DNA of 64,000 bases from Microgenomates group bacterium Gr01-1014_5. Lineage in GTDB: Bacteria > Patescibacteriota > Microgenomatia > UBA8517 > UBA10165. Location of the stretch: the NCBI GenBank assembly GCA_007376395.1, contig VMGE01000007.1, forward strand, positions 8,037 to 72,036, in the 5' to 3' direction. This document shows, one piece after another, positions 34,731-43,907 of the stretch (the stretch's first letter is position 1; each line of letters opens with the position of its first letter). The position numbers were made by a program, and so were the translations under genes. The notes below the pieces were generated by a model that searched no databases, was not told the origin of the DNA, and saw only the letters and a program-made list of their open reading frames with translations.

Positions 34731-36478
34731 TTACATTTTACTCGGAGCTTCGATTCCAAGCAAGTGGAGACCGGTTTTAAGGATAATTCCGGTCGCCTGA
34801 GTAAGGGCAAGACGGAAAGAGCTTGCTGTGTTCTGTGCGCTATCTGCTAATATCCTGTGTTTTGCATAAAAAGTGTTGTAGCGCTGGGCAAGCTCAAAAA
34901 GATAAGTACAAACCGTGTTTGGAGCAAAGTTTAAGGCGGCTTCTTCAACCACCTCGGGAAAACGGTAAATCCATCTCAAAAGAGCAAGTTCTTCAGATGC
35001 CAGATTACCGGGTTTCAGATTACCAGATTTGTCAGATCTGAGAGTCTGGCCATCTGATATCTGGTCATCTGATAATCTGGATTTCGCGATTACGCTTTCT
35101 GTTCTCGCATATGTGTACTGCAAATAAGGAGCAGAATTCCCTTCTAGAACAAACATTTTCTCCCAATCAAAAATAATATTTGATTCAGGGAATACTTTAT
35201 TGCCCCAATCCCCACTGCTTTGGCCTGCCCATCTCCTCCGTGAGCAAGCTTTTGTGCTCTTTCTATTGCCTCTTCTAAAACTTCTTCCAGTCTTACAATA
35301 TCCCCTCTCCTGGTTGAAAATTTTTTACCGGAAGGCGAGAGATATAAACCGTGCTTGATATGGACAAATTTTGTAATGTCTTCCGGGTGCAGAAGACGGT
35401 AAGCGGCAAAAACCTGCCGGAAGTGCAATTCTTGCTCTGCTCCAACTTCGTAGGCGATTAAATCCGGTTTCCACTCGTTTTTCCTGTATTCGATTGTCGC
35501 CAAATCCCGTGTGAGATAGGTTGACGCTCCATCTGATTTTCTTAACATGGCAGGCGTCATCTCCTCATTTGGAAAATGAATTACTAAAGCGCCTTGGTCT
35601 TCGGCTGCAATTTCTTTCTGTTCATATTCTTCGATAATGCCGTCGAGCGCTGTTTCATAAAAACTCTCTCCGTGCGCAAAGTCTATTTCAACACCCAAAA
35701 GTTTATAGATTCGCTCGTATTCCTGAAGCGATATATCTTTGACTTTTTTCCAAATATCACGTGCCTGAACATCTCCGTCTTCCAGCTTCTTAAACCAAAG
35801 CCTTGCCTCTTCTTTTAAGTCTGGATTTTCCTGGGATTTTGTGTTGAATTCGACATATAACTCCTGTAATTTTTCAATATCCAGAGTATCGGGGTCTAAG
35901 TTTTTATCAGTTATTTGGTATAAAAGAGTACCAAACTGCGTACCCCAATCTCCCAAATGGTTGTCGCCTATTGTCTGCCAGCCTAAAAATTTATATAGAT
36001 TGTAAAGCGCTTGTCCTATTATTGTCGATCTTAGGTGTCCAATTCCAAAAGGTTTAGCCACGTTGGGGGCAGAATAATCGATTACCATAGTCTTGCCATT
36101 ACCCAAATCGGACGAACCATATCGCTCACCTTTTTCCGTAATCAAAGACATTTCCTGACAAAGCGCGTCCTTGGAAAGCCAGAAGTTAATAAATCCGGGC
36201 TGAGCAACCTCAACTTTCTCAACATAATCTTTTAATTCTTCGTTCTTCTCTAGCTGTTCTACTATGGCTTTAGCAAATTCTAACGGGCTATTCAATTTCA
36301 AATTTAAAATTTCAAATTTAAAATTCCCAAACATCGTCATCGCGATGTTTGTAGAGTAGTCTCCATGCGCTTCCTCGGCAGGATGCTCGAGCTTAATCTC
36401 TCTGCCAGCAGGTGAATTACCCGTTATCTGAGTTACTGATAACTCGAGTGACTGTTTTATCTTCTCCTTTGCCTGCAT
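34731..36478 (-). pseudogene. argS: arginyl-tRNA synthetase, split by a 1-nt frameshift at an A/T run (~35178-35186)
   Basis: Upstream ORF has the catalytic HIGH-class motif (GIGHLRSTIIGQ) and ends at ...AIKYSLNQ. The downstream ORF begins ...IIFDWEKMFVLEGNSAPYLQYTYAR and carries the DALR anticodon-binding domain. The start is probably at Met38 (36478). Confidence 0.7.
35001..35085. repeat. CAGAT-rich repeat inside argS coding sequence (contiguous copy of the two halves seen at 19252 and 19697)
   Basis: Translated in-frame as ISDDQISDGQTLRSDKSGNLKPGNLA. Confidence 0.7.
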
Positions 36479-36551
36479 ATCTTTGAGTATACAGGCTTGA
36501 TCTTCTAAGTTCCAGTTGACGACCAAGTAATGGGTAATGTTAAAATTCCCT

Positions 36552-36926
36552 ATGGCATTAACGAAACAGGATCTTACGGCTATCGACAAACTTTTAACAG
36601 GAAGATTAAACGAGACGCAAAAATCTTTTAGCCAACTCTTGGATATACGGCTAAAAGATCAAGACAAACGCTTTGATGAAAAGCTCTTAGGGCAAGACAG
36701 TAGATTTGATAAAAAGCTTTCAGATCAAGACAAACGCTTTGATGAAAAGCTCTTAGGGCAAGACAGTAGATTTGATAAAAAGCTTTCAGATCAAGACAAA
36801 CGCTTTGATGAAAAGCTTATATCCTTACGCAAGCAAATCCATGGCGATATAGCCACCACCCTTAGTATCGGCTTAGCTGCAGTCGACAAAAGAATCGACA
36901 AGTTAGAAAAACAAATACAAAACTAG
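36552..36926 (+). CDS. hypothetical small protein with 22-aa tandem repeats (DQDKRFDEKLLGQDSRFDKKLS)
   Basis: The ORF contains 2.5 perfect copies of a 66-bp repeat. Start may be 36537 or 36552. Confidence 0.4.
   Translation: MALTKQDLTAIDKLLTGRLNETQKSFSQLLDIRLKDQDKRFDEKLLGQDSRFDKKLSDQDKRFDEKLLGQDSRFDKKLSDQDKRFDEKLISLRKQIHGDIATTLSIGLAAVDKRIDKLEKQIQN
36655..36820 (+). repeat. 66-bp perfect tandem repeat, ~2.5 copies
   Basis: aagacaaacgctttgatgaaaagctcttagggcaagacagtagatttgataaaaagctttcagatc begins at 36661 and 36727, with a partial copy from 36793. Confidence 0.85.
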
Positions 36927-36991
36927 CGTCATTTAACTTGCCAAGTTTTTCCACCACGCCCGCCAAAGCTACGCTTGGCGTTGCGAGTGGG

Positions 36992-37876
36992 TCAGTCACT
37001 CTTCACAAACCAAGTCTGGCCATCGCTCACAATTTCTATCTCCCCCTCCTGGTCTGTCCGTAAAGTTTTTACCCTCAAATCCCTCAACATTTCTAAAGTC
37101 TCTTTATGCGGATGACCATAGCGGTTATTGCGGCCTGCAGAAATTATTGCTAATCCCGGCGAGGATACCTCTAACATTCCAAGGGTAAGACCATTCTTTG
37201 AACCATGGTGTGGAACCTTCAAAACCTCTACTGTGCCCCTGATCCTCTCTGCCATAGTATCTGTAGCCGGAGGAACTATGTCCCCTGTTAAAAGGGCGTC
37301 AAACTCGCCGTACGAAAGTTTTAAAACTAAAGAAAAAGGATTAACTTTTTCTTCCACTCTAGCCCCCAAAACCTTACTCCCGAGAGCTGGAGTATCAAGA
37401 GCTGAGACTTGATCTTTGTCCGGCCAAAGCGCGGCTAGTTTTAATTTCGCAAACGCGATCGTCTGTCCAGAATTAAGGCCAGCTGTTTTGATTTTGGCTT
37501 TCTCAATCTCTTTTTCCAAAGTCTCGAAGGCTAGGTCATTTTTGCCAACCATATTCGCGGCAAAAGCGCCTATTTTATACCGCCTGACAATATCTATAAA
37601 CCCACCGTAATGATCCAAATCTGCATTGGTAATTACCGCCATTTCTATTCTCCTGTCCCAAAAAGGCATATGGCCGGAAAGACAGCTTAAAATTTTGGCG
37701 TCAGCCCCTGCGTCAACAAGGATTTGAACCTGTTTTTGATAAATTAAAATCCCGTCGCCTTGCCCGACATCGCAAAAAACCAAATGCAGACGGTTGTCAA
37801 AAAGCGGAGCAAGAGCAAAAACGAGGAGTAATAAAGAAGCTAGAAAAAAGATTAAAAGATAGTGCCAATAACGCAT
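36992..37876 (-). CDS. ComEC/Rec2-type metallo-beta-lactamase domain protein (C-terminal module of ComEC as a separate gene)
   Basis: HLVFCDVGQGDGILI...LVDAG and ...KVPHHGSKNG MBL motifs, with an N-terminal TM anchor. Confidence 0.7.
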   Translation of the reverse strand: MRYWHYLLIFFLASLLLLVFALAPLFDNRLHLVFCDVGQGDGILIYQKQVQILVDAGADAKILSCLSGHMPFWDRRIEMAVITNADLDHYGGFIDIVRRYKIGAFAANMVGKNDLAFETLEKEIEKAKIKTAGLNSGQTIAFAKLKLAALWPDKDQVSALDTPALGSKVLGARVEEKVNPFSLVLKLSYGEFDALLTGDIVPPATDTMAERIRGTVEVLKVPHHGSKNGLTLGMLEVSSPGLAIISAGRNNRYGHPHKETLEMLRDLRVKTLRTDQEGEIEIVSDGQTWFVKSD

Positions 37877-37982
37877 AATAATTCAAAAATCAAAAGGCAA
37901 AATTTAAAATTGCAATTAAAAAGTCAAAAGTTTTGCCACTTTTAAGTTTTAATTTGTACTTTTGACCTTTGAATTTTAACTT

Positions 37983-39131
37983 TTAACTTCCAAATAGTCT
38001 TACTATTTGGATAAAGTATTCTAAAGGCAGCCACAAAAACCAAGCAAGAATTTGCCCGAGCATTTCCCCTGAGCTTAGCGCGGGTCCTGGCACGCTAAGC
38101 GTGCCCCATAATCCCCCCAAGACGCCCAATATCCCTAATAAAAATCCGCCAAGCATAATAAAAGGCACGGTCCAGAGCACCAGCGTGTTTACCAAAGGGC
38201 TGACGAGCGACACTTCGCCGAAAGTAATAAACAGCAAGGGGGTTACCGCAACTTGGGCCGCAAGAGTTACCGACAAGGCAGACTTAAAAACAGCCGGCAG
38301 ATATTTAATTTTGTCTACCAAATCTTGAGTTTTCTTCCCCAGCCCTACAATGCCGGCAGTCGCCAAAAAGGATAGTTGAAAACCCAGGTCAAATAACCAA
38401 AGCGGGTAAATAAAGAGCATTATGGCTCCTGCAATTACCAGGGCACGCCAAACATCGAACTCGCGTCCCAAAGATTGAGCGAAGATGAGGATACTGCCCA
38501 TGACAGCCGCTCTTACTATCGGTGGGTCTGCGCCGATTAAGAGGACATAAGACCAAACTAGTATAAAACATAACAAAACAGCTCTCTTTCTCCCCCAAAT
38601 AAAAGCCGTAATATTTATAATCAGTCCCGAAAAAAAGGCGATATTAGAACCCGAGGCAACAACAATATGTAGAGTACCAGTTTTACGCAAAGCTTCTAAA
38701 AAGTTTGAATCGAGGCTGGATTTTGTACCCAAAACAACACCTGATAATAGCCCCGAGTGGGGTTCGGGAAGAAATTTCTTAAAAACACCAAACACTCTCT
38801 CGCGTATTTCACCCAAGACCCCCAACTCCCCTATTTTTCTCACTACAGGACTTTCCAGGTAATACCCGCTCTTCCCTTTGCCAATGACCCCTTCGGCTAT
38901 TATTCGCTCGCTATACGACAGTTCCGGAAACCGGTCAGTATAGAAAGTGAAGTCACTAAGGGTAATCCTTTGCTGTGCACCTGCAACCTGGGGTTGATTA
39001 CTTATCTGTCCCGAGACACGAACTTTGTCTCCTACCTGGTAACTAGGTCTTACTAAAACAAACCTAATCACCCAAACCGTTGTTAGTCCAATACCTAAGA
39101 GTGCTAAGAAAAATAACTTGCGAATTGGCAT
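37983..39131 (-). CDS. comEC: ComEC/Rec2 competence membrane channel (N-terminal and competence domains)
   Basis: Polytopic membrane protein. HIVVASGSNIAFFSGL matches the ComEC competence domain. Confidence 0.75.
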   Translation of the reverse strand: MPIRKLFFLALLGIGLTTVWVIRFVLVRPSYQVGDKVRVSGQISNQPQVAGAQQRITLSDFTFYTDRFPELSYSERIIAEGVIGKGKSGYYLESPVVRKIGELGVLGEIRERVFGVFKKFLPEPHSGLLSGVVLGTKSSLDSNFLEALRKTGTLHIVVASGSNIAFFSGLIINITAFIWGRKRAVLLCFILVWSYVLLIGADPPIVRAAVMGSILIFAQSLGREFDVWRALVIAGAIMLFIYPLWLFDLGFQLSFLATAGIVGLGKKTQDLVDKIKYLPAVFKSALSVTLAAQVAVTPLLFITFGEVSLVSPLVNTLVLWTVPFIMLGGFLLGILGVLGGLWGTLSVPGPALSSGEMLGQILAWFLWLPLEYFIQIVRLFGS

Positions 39132-39275
39132 GATAAATCGAACAACACAAAACTCTAAGCACTAAACTCTAAATTCTAAATAAATTACAAATGGTAAATT
39201 CGAATATTGAAACATTGGGGCATTAGAAATTAAATATTGTTTAGGATTTAGAAATTAGGATTTAGGATTTTTGAA

Positions 39276-39932
39276 CTAAGGCGCTGTTATCTGCTCTTTA
39301 ATCTCGTCCAACAGTTTCTTGCCAATGACTTTTTTGGAAACAAGTTCATCAATCGCAGCATAGGGTCTGTTTTCGATAATTGCCGCCGCTCTTGCCGGTC
39401 CAATCCCTTTTAGTTTTTCCAACTCCGATTGAGTTGCAGAGTTGATGTTTATCAAGCCAGTTTGTACTCCCAACAATTTACCTGCGCTACTTGATCCACC
39501 ACCCACAACCGATAATTCACCCTCAGCCGGTATATATATCTTTTGTCCATCGAGAAGTTTGGCAGCACGGTTAACATACTTCTCTACCCACTCCCGATCC
39601 GCCGTGGCGGACAAACCTCCTGAGGCTATTAGCAAGCGCTCTACCCGATCGCTTGCTAACAACTCATATACCCCAGGCTTGACGACTGCCCCCGAAACCT
39701 CAACCGTAATTTTACTCTCATCACCTTCAACCCCACTAACTCCCTCATTTCCCCCACCACTTTCCAAGATTTCCACCTTAGGCTGTTCAAAAACGCCCGA
39801 CAGAAAAGAGAAACCACCAAAAAGAAGAAATAGTCCGCCCAAACCTGCTATCAAGAGAAGACGATACTTCTCAAACCAAGCTTGAATCTTGGCTTTCCAC
39901 TCACTTTCTTCAGACAGGAAAAACTCTGACAT
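39276..39932 (-). CDS. comEA: ComEA DNA receptor (helix-hairpin-helix)
   Basis: N-terminal TM; C-terminal INSATQSELEKLKGIGPARAAAIIENRPY HhH motif. Confidence 0.8.
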   Translation of the reverse strand: MSEFFLSEESEWKAKIQAWFEKYRLLLIAGLGGLFLLFGGFSFLSGVFEQPKVEILESGGGNEGVSGVEGDESKITVEVSGAVVKPGVYELLASDRVERLLIASGGLSATADREWVEKYVNRAAKLLDGQKIYIPAEGELSVVGGGSSSAGKLLGVQTGLININSATQSELEKLKGIGPARAAAIIENRPYAAIDELVSKKVIGKKLLDEIKEQITAP

Positions 39933-40034
39933 AAATTAACCTAATTTCTAATTACTAATTAACCTAAATAAGCACTAATGCCCAATTATTAGAAATTAGA
40001 TCAATTAGGTCAATTAGAAATTTAAATTTTGGCG

Positions 40035-42713
40035 TTATACGACAAAATTAATCGTCTTACCGGGCACAAAAATTACCTTTTTCGGCTCAGAAGTTAAATA
40101 CTTAGCCACAAACTCAAAGCTTCTGGCGCGCTCCTCTACTACTTTCTGATTATTTGCCTCGTCGGCAGAGACAACAACAACCCCCCTGTATTTACCATTT
40201 ACCTGAACAGATATGGAAACAACCTCATCAATTACCAAAACAGGGTCGTACTCTGGCCACGGGGCAAAATGAATCGACTCTTTGTGCCCCAACTCATTCC
40301 ATAGTTCCTCTGTCATGTGCGGCGCAAACGGAGCAAACAGCTTCAGTAGAGTTTCACCCGCTTCCTTAGATATTCCGTTTTCCACTTTTGAATTTTGAAT
40401 TTTGAATTTTGAATTCAATTCCTCTAAGGAATTGACGTACTCCATAATCCCTGAAATTGCTCTGTTGTAACGCAAGCCTTCTAAATCCTCTGTCACTCTT
40501 TTTATAGCCTTATGAATTAAGCGTTCTTGTTCATTGGAAATTGAAAATTGTGAATTAGAAATTGATTTTTGTACGAGTCGCCAGACTCTGTTCAAAAATT
40601 TAAACATTCCTTCCATGCCTGTGTCCCGAAAGTCGCCACCCTGGTTAAATGGTGATAAAAACATCAAATATAATCTTAAAGTATCAGCTCCGTATTTTTT
40701 GATGTAGGCGTCCGGCACAATCACGTTTCCTTTACTTTTACTCATTTTCGTTCCCTCGCAGATTAAAAGTCCGTGAGCAAAAAATCTAGTGAACGGCTCT
40801 TCAAAATCAAGGTGTCCCCAGTCATGCAAAGCCATAGTGACAAAACGGGAATACATAAGATGCAAAACTGAATGTTCTGCTCCGCCAATATACATATCGA
40901 CGGGTAACCAGTGTTTAGTTATTTCCTCGTCCCAGGGTAGACTCTCGACGTTTTCTTCCTTCGATTTGCTCTTTAATTTTAAATTTGAAATTTTAAATTT
41001 TAAATTCTTCGTTACGGAAGGGTAACGAAGGAAGTACCAAGCAGAATCTAAAAATGTATCTGAAACATCAGTCTCCCGCCGCGCATCAGAGCCGCACCCG
41101 GGGCATTTAACATTTATAAACTTCTCGTCTTGGGCTAATGGGGATTTGCCAGTTCCAGTGGGACGATAATTCTCAATATATGGAAGTTCTACCGGAAGTT
41201 GGTCTTCGGGCGCCGGGTACCAGCCTGCTGCCGATGCAGCGGAATTTGAAATTTCAAATTTTAAATTTTTAATTCCATTCCCCTCAACCATTCTTTCGGC
41301 CTCATCAGTGATAAACCATGAATCCCCTCTATCTGCACAAGCCTGGCAATATATCATAGGGATAGGTGGTCCCCAATATCTTTGGCGCGAAATTAACCAA
41401 TCGCGAAGGTGATAAGTCGTCATTTTCTTACCCCAGCCATTTTCTTCTAATGAACTTAATATTTTTTCCCGATCGCGAGGCCACGATAGTCCATTCCAGT
41501 CTCCCGAATTTATTATCGTCCCCTCGCCAACATACGCCTCTTGCAAGTCTTGATCAGTTTCTTTTTCAGACTTGATTGTAGAAACAATATCGAGATTATA
41601 TTTACTAGCCATCTCGAAATCCCTCTGGTCGTGCGCAGGAACACCCATAACCGCTTCAGAACCATATCCGGAAACCACATAGTTTGATATATACACCGGA
41701 ATATCTTTATTGTTGGCCGGATTAACCACATATGCTCCAGTAAAAACTCCAGACTTGTCTTGATTTTGGCTTCGCAAGGTCTCTCCTTGCGAACCTAAAT
41801 TCGGTGCAGATATGGTTTGTTGTTGTTTAATATAGTCTGATACGACTTCTTTTTGCGCCTCCGTTGTTAGCGTAACAACTAGCGGCGAGTCTGGGGCAAT
41901 CACCATGAATGTCGTACCGTAAAGCGTATCCGGCCTTGTAGTGAAACAGGTTAAGGTGTCGGTAGTTAGTTGTTTGGCCTCCCTACTCGCTACTTTAAAC
42001 TTAACCTCTGCGCCATAAGATCGCCCTATCCAATTTCTCTGGGCAATCTTAATTTTTTCTGTCCAATTAATTTTTTCTAAATTATCTAACAATCTATCAG
42101 CATAATCTGTAATCTTAAAAAACCATTGCTCGAGATCGCGTTGCTCGACAACACTTTTACACCTCTCGCACTCTCCGGCTATAACCTGCTCGTCTGCCAA
42201 AACCGTCAAACAAGACGGGCACCAGTTAACTTTGGCTTTTTGCCTGTAAGCTAGGCCATGCTTAAACATTTGGATAAATATCCACTGTGTCCATCTGTAA
42301 TAATCCGGATCATACGTCTCCAAAGTTCTTGTCCAATCAAATGCATTACCTGTTGCTTGAAGTTGTGAGTAAAACCGCTCTTCTGTGCGTTTCGAGACTT
42401 CAGTCGGATGTTCATTGATCTTAATTGCATAATTTTCAGAATGGATTCCAAATCCATCAAGCCCCATAGGTTCAAATACGTCATTACCTTTCATTCTTTG
42501 GTATCTCCCCCAAATATCTGCACCCGTAAAAGCATACATATTCCCGGCATGCAGACCTTCAGCCGAGGGATACGGGAACATCATCAGGTTGTAGTAGGGT
42601 TTCTTCGACTTGCCCAAGTCAGGAGAAAAGAGTTTTTGCTTCTGCCACACAGATTGCCACTTGGGTTCAATTACGGCTGGATTATAACTCACGGTTACCT
42701 TTTTTGCGGCCAT
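40035..42713 (-). CDS. leuS: leucyl-tRNA synthetase
   Basis: PYPS..GLHAGN (HMGH-type) and KMSKSKGN motifs; 892 aa. Carries three in-frame AT-rich low-complexity inserts. Confidence 0.9.
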   Translation of the reverse strand: MAAKKVTVSYNPAVIEPKWQSVWQKQKLFSPDLGKSKKPYYNLMMFPYPSAEGLHAGNMYAFTGADIWGRYQRMKGNDVFEPMGLDGFGIHSENYAIKINEHPTEVSKRTEERFYSQLQATGNAFDWTRTLETYDPDYYRWTQWIFIQMFKHGLAYRQKAKVNWCPSCLTVLADEQVIAGECERCKSVVEQRDLEQWFFKITDYADRLLDNLEKINWTEKIKIAQRNWIGRSYGAEVKFKVASREAKQLTTDTLTCFTTRPDTLYGTTFMVIAPDSPLVVTLTTEAQKEVVSDYIKQQQTISAPNLGSQGETLRSQNQDKSGVFTGAYVVNPANNKDIPVYISNYVVSGYGSEAVMGVPAHDQRDFEMASKYNLDIVSTIKSEKETDQDLQEAYVGEGTIINSGDWNGLSWPRDREKILSSLEENGWGKKMTTYHLRDWLISRQRYWGPPIPMIYCQACADRGDSWFITDEAERMVEGNGIKNLKFEISNSAASAAGWYPAPEDQLPVELPYIENYRPTGTGKSPLAQDEKFINVKCPGCGSDARRETDVSDTFLDSAWYFLRYPSVTKNLKFKISNLKLKSKSKEENVESLPWDEEITKHWLPVDMYIGGAEHSVLHLMYSRFVTMALHDWGHLDFEEPFTRFFAHGLLICEGTKMSKSKGNVIVPDAYIKKYGADTLRLYLMFLSPFNQGGDFRDTGMEGMFKFLNRVWRLVQKSISNSQFSISNEQERLIHKAIKRVTEDLEGLRYNRAISGIMEYVNSLEELNSKFKIQNSKVENGISKEAGETLLKLFAPFAPHMTEELWNELGHKESIHFAPWPEYDPVLVIDEVVSISVQVNGKYRGVVVVSADEANNQKVVEERARSFEFVAKYLTSEPKKVIFVPGKTINFVV
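40386..40420. repeat. (TTTTGAA)x4 microsatellite inside leuS coding sequence
   Basis: ttttgaattttgaattttgaattttgaattcaattcc, translated on the minus strand as ...LNSKFKIQNSKVEN. Confidence 0.8.
40975..41010. repeat. AATTT/AAATT-type AT-rich microrepeat inside leuS (encodes KNLKFKISNLKLKSK)
   Basis: taattttaaatttgaaattttaaattttaaattc. Similar elements lie at 41241-41277, 40538-40575, 36286-36325 (argS) and 29041-29069 (GT4 gene). Confidence 0.75.
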
Positions 42714-43089
42714 ACCGATATTGTAGTTGAATTAAGAAGAAAGAATCAAGAAATACGGGTAAAAGTCCACAAAATCGCTCCAATCTCGCGTCATTAATTC
42801 TTGTCAACCCGAAAGTACGACCGCTAGCAGACGAACTTTTACCAAACAATAGTAAATTTCTAAAAAATAACCTAACCAACCGGGATTTTGCTCACTTATG
42901 CGCCTAGTTTCGAATTTCTAGCACAAACTATATCATGTACCAATATTGCCACCAATGTCCGGTTTGATATATTTAGGTAAGCTAAAATTTAGCGACTTGT
43001 TCCGTGTGTAGTTCTGTGAAAACTGATTTTAGTTAAGTTTCTGTTCTTTTCAGACTATATCATACCCCTTAATAGGTAAAAATTGGGGG

Positions 43090-43119
43090 TTGACAAGGGT
43101 TTGGCGCTATTAATATAGT
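43090..43119 (+). promoter_or_regulatory. candidate promoter (TTGACA ... TAATAT/TATAGT) upstream of the 43237 gene and the giant gene
   Basis: Perfect -35 hexamer TTGACA at 43090-43095. -10-like TAATAT at 43111-43116 (15-nt spacer) and TATAGT at 43114-43119 (18-nt spacer). Confidence 0.35.
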
Positions 43120-43236
43120 GAATATGTTCAGTATAACCGCGTATAATTTTGTATAATCGAACCTGCGGTTCTCATATGTTCACTTGTGTTTCACGCAAGT
43201 TATAAAAGGACATAATCCGAAGCTAAATTAAAAATT

Positions 43237-43752
43237 ATGAATACCCTGCCTAAACAATTTGAGATTTATCTTGCCGAAACACTTGGTGTTTCTGGAAAAA
43301 CTCTGAGAAACTACAGAGCTGATCTTGGGCATTTTATCCGTTGGTCAAAGGTTCATTTGGAAAGCAAAGAAATTGCCATTAACGACTTGGAGTCTTTACT
43401 TCCTCACTTCTCCGGATATCTAGTTGCCACTTACAGAACTCATCAAGTGCATTTCGGGGTTCCGCAGTCAACAACGAATCGCAGGTTATCGACACTTCGC
43501 AATTTTGGAAAATTTTTGAGTGCTTCAGGCATCACAGAAAACAATCCCACCCAACTTATCACCAATCTCAAGGAAGAATTAACCTTGGAGCAGGAACTGG
43601 AAGGAATCGTGCGTGAATACGCTAAAACTTTGGAAAAGGAAGGCATTTCTGCGGTGACTTGCAAAAACTACTTGTCAGACATAAAACATTTCGTCAACTG
43701 GTTAAAGCTAAATCAAGAAGTCTGGATAGACAAAGCAATTCAGACAAGCTAA
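43237..43752 (+). CDS. protein made of tyrosine-recombinase N-terminal core-binding (SAM-like) domain repeats, with no catalytic domain
   Basis: FEIYLAETLGVSGKTLRNYRADLGHFIRWS and VREYAKTLEKEGISAVTCKNYLSDIKHFVNWL both fit the XerD/integrase N-terminal pattern (Y..L...G.S..T...Y..DL..F..W). A middle segment STTNRRLSTLRNFGKFLSASGITENNP fits the second half of the domain. Confidence 0.5.
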   Translation: MNTLPKQFEIYLAETLGVSGKTLRNYRADLGHFIRWSKVHLESKEIAINDLESLLPHFSGYLVATYRTHQVHFGVPQSTTNRRLSTLRNFGKFLSASGITENNPTQLITNLKEELTLEQELEGIVREYAKTLEKEGISAVTCKNYLSDIKHFVNWLKLNQEVWIDKAIQTS

Positions 43753-43757
43753 AAAGG

Positions 43758-43840
43758 CACGGGTAGCCAAAAATTACATCTGGGGGGATAATAATTTTTA
43801 GTTAATTCCGATTTAATCGGTATTAAGGCTACCCGCTCCT
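43758..43840 (+). other. structured intergenic element (nested inverted repeats) in the 155-nt gap before the giant gene
   Basis: GGGTAGCC (43758-) pairs with GGCTACCC (43828-), enclosing an inner hairpin CCGATT-TA-AATCGG. Confidence 0.3.
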
Positions 43841-43907
43841 TCGAGTATACCACCACAAACAAGAGGTTTGTAAAGAGTCACTTTGCTTCCCCCGGCTGTG
43901 CCCGAAA

